This document shows positions 1 through 8,762 of a DNA stretch of 32,000 nt, one piece after another. The notes beneath the pieces are model-generated. The model was not told the DNA's origin. It made no database searches and saw only the letters and a list, made by a program, of their open reading frames with translations. The translations under genes were made by a program, and so were the position numbers. The stretch lies in contig NZ_BCZP01000030.1 of NCBI RefSeq assembly GCF_001598795.1, positions 30,279 to 62,278 of the forward strand, given 5' to 3'. Within the stretch, counting starts at the first letter, position 1. Every line of letters starts with the position of its first letter. Origin of the DNA: Delftia acidovorans NBRC 14950 (GTDB lineage Bacteria > Pseudomonadota > Gammaproteobacteria > Burkholderiales > Burkholderiaceae_C).

Positions 1-959
1 TAGAGCATGGGCCCCACGGCGCTGAGCACCATGAGCCCGATGACGTAGACGTAGCCGAACTCCCATTCCAGCTCGGGCATGAACTTGAAGTTCATGCCGT
101 AGACGCTGGCGATCAGCGTGGGCGGCAGCAGGGCCACGCTGGCCACCGAGAAGATCTTGATGATCTTGTTCTGGTTGATGTTGATGAAGCCGACCGTGGC
201 ATCCATCAGGAAGTTGATCTTGTCGAAGAGGAAGGCCGTGTGGCTGTCCAGCGATTCGATGTCGCGCAGGATCTGGCGCGCTTCCTCGAACTGCTCGGCA
301 TTGAGCATCTTGGAACGCATCATGAAGCTGACGGCGCGGCGCGTGTCCATGACGTTGCGGCGGATGCGGCCGTTCAAGTCTTCCTGGCGCGCAATGGCGC
401 CCAGCACCTCGCGGGCCACGTCGTCGGTCACGTCGCCGGACAGCACCATCTGGCTGGCTTTTTCGAGGTCGTCGTAGATGCGCTCCAGCGTGTCGGCCGA
501 GTATTCGGCGTCGGCGTCGAAGAGCTTGAGCAGCACGTCCTTGGCCTCGTCGATCAGGCCCGGCGCGCGGCGCGCGCGCATGCGCAGCAGGCGAAAGACG
601 GGCACGTCCTCGTCGTGGATGGAGAAAAGCACGCCGCAGCTGCGCAGGTTCTTGTTGTGCTCGTTGACGATGAAGGCCACGCGCACCGAACGCGGGTCCT
701 CGTCATCGTCGATCAGGAAGTCGCTGCGGATGTGCAGCTCGCCGTTGTCTTCCTCGTAGAAGCGGGCGGATTCCTCGATGTCGTCGTCCATCGCATCCTC
801 GGGGATGGACAGCTCGTAGTGCTGCTTGATCCAGCGCTTTTCCTCGACCGTGGGCGACTCCAGGTCCACCCAGATCGGCTTGAAGCGGGACAGCTCCTCC
901 AGCGACTCGATCTCTTCTTGAACCAGGCGGCCATTGGCCAGCGTAAAGATGTTGAGCAT
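1..959 (-). CDS. corA: Magnesium/cobalt transporter CorA (C-terminal few residues lie outside the window)
   Basis: Absent from the ORF track because it is open at the window edge. My translation of the minus strand from the ATG (complement of 957-959) gives MLNIFTLANGRLVQEEIESLEEL...FININQNKIIKIFSVASVALLPPTLIASVYGMNFKFMPELEWEFGYVYVIGLMVLSAVGPML. YGMNF is the CorA GMN signature between the two C-terminal TM helices. Confidence 0.9.
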   Translation of the reverse strand, partial: MLNIFTLANGRLVQEEIESLEELSRFKPIWVDLESPTVEEKRWIKQHYELSIPEDAMDDDIEESARFYEEDNGELHIRSDFLIDDDEDPRSVRVAFIVNEHNKNLRSCGVLFSIHDEDVPVFRLLRMRARRAPGLIDEAKDVLLKLFDADAEYSADTLERIYDDLEKASQMVLSGDVTDDVAREVLGAIARQEDLNGRIRRNVMDTRRAVSFMMRSKMLNAEQFEEARQILRDIESLDSHTAFLFDKINFLMDATVGFININQNKIIKIFSVASVALLPPTLIASVYGMNFKFMPELEWEFGYVYVIGLMVLSAVGPML

Positions 960-1132
960 AGGCTCACTCCAGGTGTTCTTCTCAGGCGTGCGGGGTATCG
1001 GAGGTGCTTTCAACCCCACAGGCCAACCGGGAGTTGAAAGCTACCAACTGGGGTAGGTTTCCACGGAGCTTTCTCCAAGATGCAAAGCGTTGGATTATGC
1101 AGCGTTGCGCTGCAGCATGCGGGCCGGCTGCG

Positions 1133-2092
1133 CTATTCGGAAGCGGCTCCAGGGGGCATCTGGCGGCCTGTCACAAAAGCCTGGGCATGGCACAGGTCGG
1201 CCCAGGCGCCGGCCTTGGCCTGGGGGGCGCGCAGCAGGTAGTTGGGGTCGTAGCTGACCACGGCGGGCACGCCCGCAATGCGGTGCGGCTCGGCACGCAG
1301 GCGGCCCAGCGCCTCCTGGCGCTGCAGCACGGCGCGCGCCGTGGCCAGCCCCAGCACCAGCACGCAGGCCGGGCGCAGATCGCGCAGCAGCGCCTCCAGC
1401 GATGGCTGCAGCGCCGGGACCTCGGGCGCCTCCTGTCCTTCGGCCGCAGGCTGCACGCGGTGCAGGGCGGCGCTGTACAGGCGCGGATGGTCCTGCAGGT
1501 TCAGCGCGCGCAGCATGTTGTCCAGCAGCCGGGCCGCGTCGCCTTCGAGCGCGGTGCGCGCGCAGTCGGGGCCGGGGCGCTGGGCGGGTGGCAGGGGCAG
1601 CGAGTTGGCGGGCGGCTCCAGCAGGATCAGCCAGCCGCCTTCGCCGCCATCACCGGCAGGCGGGGTTGCCGCATACACGGGCCGTACGGGGCCCAGCCGC
1701 CAGCCCAGCCCGGGGGCGCCGGCCACGGGCTGCTGCACGTAGCGGCGCGGCGGGCGTTCGCGTTCGGGAATGACGGGGGCGGGAGAGGCATGCACGGGTG
1801 CGGGAGGCGGTGGCGCCTGGACAGGCGCCTGAACAGGCACCTGAACGCGTGCGGGCGTTGGCGCGGCGACAGGCGCCGGTGCAGCAGGCGCCGGGGAGGG
1901 CGCCTCCTGCACGGGCGGCGGCACGGGGCGGGCCGCCAGCGGATCTGCCAGGGGCGCCGCTGCAGGCGCATCGGCGGGCGCAGCCAGGGCCTCGGACAGC
2001 ACGGCGGGTGCGGTCTCGGGCTCGGGCAGCCAGACGGTGATGCCCATGGCGTGCAGCATGGCCCGCTGGCGGGTGTCTAGATTCAGGGCCAT
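1133..2092 (-). CDS. UDG-superfamily (family-4-like) protein with degenerate catalytic motifs; possible DNA polymerase III psi (HolD)-like protein
   Basis: ORF 1133..2263 trimmed to the ATG at 2092 (MALNLDTRQRAMLHAMGITVWLPEP), which overlaps the rimI stop by 10 nt. The C-terminal ~150 aa resemble family-4 UDG (ARAVLQRQEALGRLRAEPHRIAGVPAVVSYDPNYLLRAPQAKAGAWADL). However, the expected GE[AG]PG reads LEPPA and the expected HP reads DP. A long Pro/Ala-rich linker sits in between. Confidence 0.6.
   Translation of the reverse strand: MALNLDTRQRAMLHAMGITVWLPEPETAPAVLSEALAAPADAPAAAPLADPLAARPVPPPVQEAPSPAPAAPAPVAAPTPARVQVPVQAPVQAPPPPAPVHASPAPVIPERERPPRRYVQQPVAGAPGLGWRLGPVRPVYAATPPAGDGGEGGWLILLEPPANSLPLPPAQRPGPDCARTALEGDAARLLDNMLRALNLQDHPRLYSAALHRVQPAAEGQEAPEVPALQPSLEALLRDLRPACVLVLGLATARAVLQRQEALGRLRAEPHRIAGVPAVVSYDPNYLLRAPQAKAGAWADLCHAQAFVTGRQMPPGAASE
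1812..1847. repeat. Three tandem copies of a 12-nt unit (ggcgcctggaca / ggcgcctgaaca / ggcacctgaacg) inside the Pro/Ala linker of the UDG-like ORF
   Basis: Read directly from the sequence. Encodes VQVP-VQAP-VQAP on the minus strand, in frame. Confidence 0.85.
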
Positions 2093-2613
2093 AGCTTGAG
2101 GCTCATGAGCACGGCATGCTCGCGCGGGCCGTCGTGCATGGGGTAGTAGTTCTTGCGCAGGCCCACCTCCTGGTAGCCATGCGCGGCGTAGATGCTGCGT
2201 GCGCGGACATTGCTCTCGCGCACTTCCAGCCAGATCCATTGGGCCTTGCGCTGGCGCGCCCACAGGGCCAGCGCGTCCAGCAGGATGCGGGCCCAGCCCT
2301 GGCGCTGGCGCGACGGGGCCACGGTGATGTTGAGCAGGTGGACCTCGTCGAGCACGATCATGGCGACGAAGTAGCCCACCAGTTCGCCCCGGGCATCGAC
2401 CAGCAGCTGCGCTTCATTGCCGGCCGCCATGGCATCGATGAAGTTGCCACGGGACCAGGGATGCGAGTAGGCCTGCTGCTCCACAGGCAGCAGCATGTCC
2501 AGCCACAGCACGTTCAGCGGCTCGAAGCGCACGCTGTCCCGCTCCGGCGCCGGAGCCGGGGCGTCGGTCAGGGGCGGCTGCGGCCGCGAGGGCTGTGGCG
2601 TGTGCGTGCTCAT
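2083..2613 (-). CDS. rimI: Ribosomal-protein-alanine N-acetyltransferase RimI (GNAT)
   Basis: 176-aa ORF with a GNAT acetyl-CoA motif (SRQRQGWARILL) and the typical RimI tail NVRARSIYAAHGYQEVGLRKNYY. ATGA start/stop overlap with tsaB, which is the conserved tsaB-rimI arrangement. Confidence 0.85.
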   Translation of the reverse strand: MSTHTPQPSRPQPPLTDAPAPAPERDSVRFEPLNVLWLDMLLPVEQQAYSHPWSRGNFIDAMAAGNEAQLLVDARGELVGYFVAMIVLDEVHLLNITVAPSRQRQGWARILLDALALWARQRKAQWIWLEVRESNVRARSIYAAHGYQEVGLRKNYYPMHDGPREHAVLMSLKLWP

Positions 2614-3350
2614 GGTGCGGGCGGGGTGGCCTCTGGGGTGGGCGTGGCCAGGGCCAGCGCGGCGGCCGCCTTGGCAGCCTCCCGCTCGGCCGTGGTCTGC
2701 GCGACTTTATCGCGGATGTAGCGCGGCAGGGCCTGGTCGGCCGGCAAGGCGCGGTCGGCCGCCAGCAGGGCCGGGGCCAGGCGCAGCATGGCGGCGGCGG
2801 TGGGCAGGGCGGCCAGGTGGCTGGCCTGGGGCGCCAGGCGCTCGCCGTAGGCGGCCAGGGCGTTGCCGGCCACCACGGTGCCGGGCGGCAGTTGCAGGGC
2901 CTCGGGCGCGCACAGGCCGAAGTCGCCGCTTTGCTCGCCAATGTCGTTCCAGCGGCCGTCGCTCCAGTGATAGGCGGCGTGATAGACCTCGTTCATGCGC
3001 GCATCGATCACGGCGATGAGGTCGGTGCAGCCGTATTGCATGCGGGCCTGCTCGGCCACGGCCAGCAGGCTGTCCATGGGCAGCACGGGCACGCGGGCGG
3101 CAAAGGCCAGCCCCTGGGCCACGGAGCAGGCCGTGCGCAGGCCCGTGAACGAGCCCGGACCCCGGCCGAAGACGATGGCCTGCAGCTCGGCGAATTCCAG
3201 GCCGGCCTGGGCCATCAGCGCCAGGATGGCGGGGATCAGCTCGGTCGAGGTCTGCGGGCCGCCGGGGCCGCTGTGCTCCCAGACGGCATCGCCGCGCTGC
3301 ACGGCGATGGAGAGGGTGTCGGTACTGGTGTCTAGGGCAAGAAGATTCAT
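2610..3350 (-). CDS. tsaB: tRNA t6A37 threonylcarbamoyladenosine biosynthesis protein TsaB (YeaZ)
   Basis: ORF 2610..3461 trimmed to the ATG at 3350. MNLLALDTSTDTLSIAV...IVFGRGPGSFTGLRTACSVAQGLAFA is the classic TsaB/YeaZ N-terminus. Confidence 0.88.
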   Translation of the reverse strand: MNLLALDTSTDTLSIAVQRGDAVWEHSGPGGPQTSTELIPAILALMAQAGLEFAELQAIVFGRGPGSFTGLRTACSVAQGLAFAARVPVLPMDSLLAVAEQARMQYGCTDLIAVIDARMNEVYHAAYHWSDGRWNDIGEQSGDFGLCAPEALQLPPGTVVAGNALAAYGERLAPQASHLAALPTAAAMLRLAPALLAADRALPADQALPRYIRDKVAQTTAEREAAKAAAALALATPTPEATPPAP

Positions 3351-3482
3351 GGCTTGGGGCAGGCGGCGGTGCCGCAGCAAGTGCAGGATTATCGGTGCCC
3401 CGCCCGTCCCGCGCCCGGCAGGGCTGCAATGACCGGCGTAGACTTGCCGGCCATGTTGCATCTTTCGCCGTCTTCTTCCCTT

Positions 3483-3499
3483 ATTTCCTCGATTTCCTC
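3483..3499. repeat. Tandem ATTTCCTC(g/c) x2 inside a ~50-nt pyrimidine-rich stretch in the tsaB/dacB divergent region
   Basis: atttcctc at 3483-3490 and again at 3492-3499, embedded in tctttcgccgtcttcttcccttatttcctcgatttcctccgccttctcactc. Confidence 0.8.
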
Positions 3500-3515
3500 C
3501 GCCTTCTCACTCGGA

Positions 3516-4988
3516 ATGCCGCGTTCACGCCGGGGCTTGGCGGCCGCGCTGCTGGCGGCGTCTGTCCTGCCCGGCGTGGCAAGCGCCCAGGCAGATGCGC
3601 CCACTTCGCCGGCCTCGCTGTCCACCAAGACTGCACGCGAAAGCCGGCTGCCCCCGGCCGTGGAGGCGGCGCTTGCGCGCGCCAAGCTGCCGCGCGACGC
3701 GGTCTCGGCCCTGGTGGTCGAGGTCGATGGCCGGGCTGCCCCGCGCCTGGACTGGCAAAGCCATGTGGCCATGAACCCCGCCTCGGTCATGAAGCTGGTC
3801 ACCACCTATGCGGCGCTGGACCAGCTGGGTCCCGCACATGTCTGGCGCACGCCCGTCTTCCTGGGCGGGCCGGTGCAGGACGGCGTGCTGCGCGGGCCGC
3901 TGTACATCCAGGGCCAGGGCGATCCCAAGCTCGTGATGGAGCGGCTGTGGCTGATGCTGCGCCGCCTGCAGGGCATGGGCATCAAGGTCATCGTGGGCGA
4001 CATCGTGCTGGACCGCAGCGCGTTTTCCGTGAGCGGCCATGACGCGGCCACCTTCGACAACGAACCCTGGCGCCCCTACAACGTGGCGCCCGACGCGCTG
4101 CTGGTCAACTACAAGGCCGTGACCGTGGGCTTCACGCCCGACGCGGCGGCGGGCGTGGCGCGGCTGCAATACGATCCGCCGCTGGCCGGCATCCAGCAGC
4201 AGGAAACCGTGCCACTGGCGCCGGCCGGCAGCGAATGCGGCGACTGGCGCGCCCGGCTGCAGCTGGACATGGCCGACCCGCTGCGCATCGCCTTTGCCGG
4301 CCCGTTCCCGGCCAGTTGCGGCGACAAGAGCTGGTCGCTGGCGCCGGCCCAGCCCGAGGCCTTCGCGGCCCGCGCCATCGAGGGCATGTGGCGCGAGCTG
4401 GGCGGCAAGCTCACCGGCACCGTGCACGACGGCCGCGTGCCGACCGGGCTGCAGCCAGCATTCCAGAGCGAATCGCCTTCGCTGGCCGAGGTGGTGCGCG
4501 ACATCAACAAGTACAGCAACAACGTCATGGCCCAGCAGGTGTTCCTGACCATGGGCATGCAGCGTACGGGCGTGGCCAGCTTCGAGTCCTCGCGCCAGGC
4601 CCTGGGCCAGTGGTGGCAGGCGCGCTGGGGCGCGGCCGATCAGCCCGTGGCCGACAACGGCGCCGGCCTGAGCCGCGAGGCGCGCATCACCGCCTCCGGC
4701 CTGGGCCGCATGCTGCAGCAGGCCTGGGCCTCGCCGGTGATGCCGGAGTTCGTGGCCTCCATGCCCATCGTCGGCGTGGATGGCACGCTGCGCCGCAGCC
4801 TCAGCCGGGCCCAGGGCATGGCGCATCTGAAGACCGGCACGCTGCGCGATGCCTCGGCCCTGGCCGGCTATGTGGACGGGGCCAGCGGCCGCCGCTACGT
4901 GCTGGTGGCCATGGCCAACCACACCAACGCCCCGGCCGCGCGCGCGGCCTGGGATGCGCTGGTGGACTGGACGGCGCGCGACCGCTGA
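3516..4988 (+). CDS. dacB: D-alanyl-D-alanine carboxypeptidase/endopeptidase, PBP4 family
   Basis: ORF 3354..4988. The start was chosen at the ATG at 3516, which gives a canonical signal peptide (MPRSRRGLAAALLAASVLPGVASA). Penicillin-binding motifs are present: SxxK (ASVMK), SxN (YSNN) and KTG (HLKTGT). The start is somewhat ambiguous; an alternative ATG lies at 3453. Confidence 0.88.
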   Translation: MPRSRRGLAAALLAASVLPGVASAQADAPTSPASLSTKTARESRLPPAVEAALARAKLPRDAVSALVVEVDGRAAPRLDWQSHVAMNPASVMKLVTTYAALDQLGPAHVWRTPVFLGGPVQDGVLRGPLYIQGQGDPKLVMERLWLMLRRLQGMGIKVIVGDIVLDRSAFSVSGHDAATFDNEPWRPYNVAPDALLVNYKAVTVGFTPDAAAGVARLQYDPPLAGIQQQETVPLAPAGSECGDWRARLQLDMADPLRIAFAGPFPASCGDKSWSLAPAQPEAFAARAIEGMWRELGGKLTGTVHDGRVPTGLQPAFQSESPSLAEVVRDINKYSNNVMAQQVFLTMGMQRTGVASFESSRQALGQWWQARWGAADQPVADNGAGLSREARITASGLGRMLQQAWASPVMPEFVASMPIVGVDGTLRRSLSRAQGMAHLKTGTLRDASALAGYVDGASGRRYVLVAMANHTNAPAARAAWDALVDWTARDR

Positions 4989-5011
4989 TCGGGCGCCTTC
5001 GCGTCTTGTGC

Positions 5012-5037
5012 AGGGCCTGCTTTCGCAGGCCCTTTTT
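5012..5037 (+). terminator. Rho-independent terminator after dacB
   Basis: gggcctgc-tttc-gcaggccc stem-loop (5013-5032) followed by TTTTT (5033-5037). Confidence 0.7.
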
Positions 5038-5240
5038 CATTGTTTTTCCAGCAAGGACGTTGTCCTACCCACGGGCCATGCGGCGGTCCTTATCGTCTGT
5101 TCGCCCGCGTGCGAATTGCCTTGTCGGCGTGCGATTTCTATCCGTAGTTGCCCGGTGTCGCCAATGCGCAAGTGTCGTTACGATGGCTTTAGCAAAAAAG
5201 CACGGTCGTGCTATTCATAACACTTCACGGAGATTCCATC

Positions 5241-6374
5241 TTGGCAAATCGTTATCGAATCCTCGCGGCCGCTCTGGCCACGGCCGGCCTGCTGGCCGCT
5301 TGCGGCGGCGGCAGCGGCGCCGACACCACTCCCCGCGCCAAGATCACTTCCGTCAAGGTGATGGGCGACAGCCTCTCCGACAGCGGCACCTTCGGCTACA
5401 AGTTCACCGTGCAGAACGCCACGCTGACGGGCGCAGGCTCCAACCAGGTCTGGGCCGAGCGCGTGGCGGGCCTGTACAACATCTCCCTGTGCCCGCGCTT
5501 CAACGGCACGGCCTTCACGCCCAACACCTCGTGCAACAACTACGCCGTGGGCGGCGGCCGCATCAACTACACCAGCGCGCCCACGGCGCCCATCTCCATC
5601 ACGCAGCAGATCCTGCTGGCCGGCGCGGCAGGCTTCACGGCCGATGACCTGGCCGTGATCGACGGTGGCGCCAATGACGCGGCCGATGTGATCGGCGCCT
5701 TCCTGGCCGCTTCCAGGGACCAGGGCGCCAACTTCAAGGCGCTGCTGTCCACCAAGATCGACGCGGCCACGCTGGGCGCGCTGCTGCAGCAGGGCCAGAC
5801 CGGCATGGCCCAGGCCGGTGGCCTATACATGCAGAACCTGGCCAAGGGCTTTGTCTCCAGCATCCAGACCAATGTGCTGGGCAAGGGCGCCACGCGCGTG
5901 GCCATCCTCAACGTGCCCGCCATCACGCTGACGCCGCGCTTCCAGCTGGTGCTGCAGTCCGTGGCCCAGCAGCAGGGCTCGGCCGCCGCCGCGCAGCTGG
6001 AGACCGTGTTCGACGGCTGGGTCAAGGCCTTCAACCAGCAGGTCGCGGCCGGCTTCGCGGGCGAGAGCCGCGTGGCCATCATCGACTTCTACAGCGAGTT
6101 CCGCCAGCAGATGGCTGACCCCGCCCAGTACGCCTACACCAACGTGAAAAAGGCGGCCTGCCCTGCCACCGGCGTGGGCGCCGACGGCCTGCCCACCTAC
6201 AGCTTCCCGACCTGCACCGAGGCCGCGCTGTCCGCCTCCATTCCCGTGGGCGAGACCAGCGCCAACTGGTGGAAGAGCTATGCCTTTGCCGACAGCTTCC
6301 ACCCCACGCCCTATGGCCACCAGCAAATGAGCCAGCTGGCCTCCCGCACCCTGGCCCGCGCAGGCTGGCTGTGA
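5241..6374 (+). CDS. SGNH/GDSL-family lipase/esterase lipoprotein
   Basis: ORF 5208..6374. I prefer the TTG at 5241, which is preceded by GGAG (5229-5232). A lipobox is present (LLAAC followed by GGGS). GDSL block I is VMGDSLSDSG and the C-terminal catalytic block is DSFHPT. Confidence 0.82.
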   Translation: MANRYRILAAALATAGLLAACGGGSGADTTPRAKITSVKVMGDSLSDSGTFGYKFTVQNATLTGAGSNQVWAERVAGLYNISLCPRFNGTAFTPNTSCNNYAVGGGRINYTSAPTAPISITQQILLAGAAGFTADDLAVIDGGANDAADVIGAFLAASRDQGANFKALLSTKIDAATLGALLQQGQTGMAQAGGLYMQNLAKGFVSSIQTNVLGKGATRVAILNVPAITLTPRFQLVLQSVAQQQGSAAAAQLETVFDGWVKAFNQQVAAGFAGESRVAIIDFYSEFRQQMADPAQYAYTNVKKAACPATGVGADGLPTYSFPTCTEAALSASIPVGETSANWWKSYAFADSFHPTPYGHQQMSQLASRTLARAGWL

Positions 6375-6405
6375 TAGCAGACACGCAGCACGAGGAGACA
6401 CATCC

Positions 6406-7077
6406 ATGAAGACATTCCTGCGTATCACCGCCGCCGTGGCCATGGCCACGGCCTGCATGGCCGCCACCGCCCAGTCCGCCGGCACCTGGAGCGTGCGCCT
6501 GGGCGCCACGCGCATCGATCCCCAGACCAGCAGCGGCTGGCTGAGCACGCCCAGCTTCCCCGACACCCGCGTGGACGTGAAGGCCAACAGCCAGCTCACG
6601 GGCGGCGTGACCTACATGGTCACCAACAACTGGGCCATCGACGTGCCCGTGGGCCTGCCGTTCAAGCACGACTTCGTGGGCGATGGCGCCATCTCCGGCA
6701 CGGGCAAGCTCGGCCGCACCAAGGTGCTGCCCGCCACCGTGTTCGCGCAGTACCGCTTCGGCGAGGCCAACTCCGCCTTCCGCCCCTACCTGGGCCTGGG
6801 CGTGACCTATGCCAAGTTCTTCGGCGAGCGCACCACGGCCTCCCTCAACGGCCTGACCGGCGGCACGCTGGCCAACCCCACCACGGCCTCGGTGGACAGC
6901 AAGTGGGGCCTGACGCCGCAGATCGGCTTCGTCTACAACTTCAACGAGCGCTGGTTCCTGGACGTGGCCTACTACAAAAGCTTCCTGAAGACCACGGCAC
7001 ACCTGTCCTCGGGCCAGAGCGTGTCGCTCAAGCTCAATCCCAACGTCTACGCCATCGGCATCGGATACCGCTTCTGA
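6406..7077 (+). CDS. ompW: OmpW-family outer membrane protein
   Basis: 223 aa with a signal peptide (MKTFLRITAAVAMATACMAATAQS). It shows the OmpW-type pattern GTWSVRLGATRIDPQ...PYLGLGVTYAKFF and a C-terminal aromatic end (IGIGYRF). Confidence 0.85.
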   Translation: MKTFLRITAAVAMATACMAATAQSAGTWSVRLGATRIDPQTSSGWLSTPSFPDTRVDVKANSQLTGGVTYMVTNNWAIDVPVGLPFKHDFVGDGAISGTGKLGRTKVLPATVFAQYRFGEANSAFRPYLGLGVTYAKFFGERTTASLNGLTGGTLANPTTASVDSKWGLTPQIGFVYNFNERWFLDVAYYKSFLKTTAHLSSGQSVSLKLNPNVYAIGIGYRF

Positions 7078-7095
7078 CAGGTCGCAGTCCCCAAA

Positions 7096-7124
7096 GAAAA
7101 ACCAGCCCGCGGGCTGGTTTTTTC
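7096..7124. terminator. Bidirectional rho-independent terminator between convergent ompW and mmsA
   Basis: The stem-loop ccagcc-cgcg-ggctgg is flanked by an A-run (7096-7101) and a T-run (7118-7123). Confidence 0.7.
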
Positions 7125-7141
7125 ATGGAGCGGGCCTGCGC

Positions 7142-8680
<1,539 letters not shown>

Positions 8681-8734
8681 GCCAGCCAGTCTAGGAGTGC
8701 GCCTTCGGCCTGCCTAGGCGCTGCGCTTGAATTG

Positions 8735-8756
8735 ATTGTTCATTTTGCTGAACAAT
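8735..8756. promoter_or_regulatory. Perfect 8-6-8 inverted repeat ATTGTTCA-N6-TGAACAAT (contains a T-N11-A dyad); candidate LysR operator in the mmsA/LysR divergent region
   Basis: Read directly from the sequence. It lies 7-28 bp upstream of the LysR ATG (8763) and 55-76 bp upstream of the mmsA ATG (8680). Confidence 0.5.
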
Positions 8757-8762
8757 CCCTGC

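Noticed and set aside
240-2080. Long plus-strand ORFs (240..1037, 265 aa; 1004..2080, 358 aa) antisense to corA and the UDG-like gene
   Set aside because: Their translations are Arg/Ala/Gly/His-rich low-complexity strings with no family motifs. The opposite strand encodes proteins with clear signatures. Stop-free antisense frames are expected at this GC content.
3354-3515. N-terminal extensions offered by the ORF track (dacB from 3354, tsaB to 3461, tsaC to 16835, ybbN-like from 20842, ABC ATPase to 20896, purC to 27434, hprK from 28726, ptsN from 28227)
   Set aside because: The extensions are Arg/Pro/Gly-rich and overlap neighbouring genes or promoters. They precede the point where the family-typical N-terminus, signal peptide or RBS begins. 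Internal starts were used instead.
3525-4922. 465-aa minus-strand ORF antisense to dacB
   Set aside because: It is a GC artefact with no motifs, and dacB on the plus strand carries all three PBP motifs.
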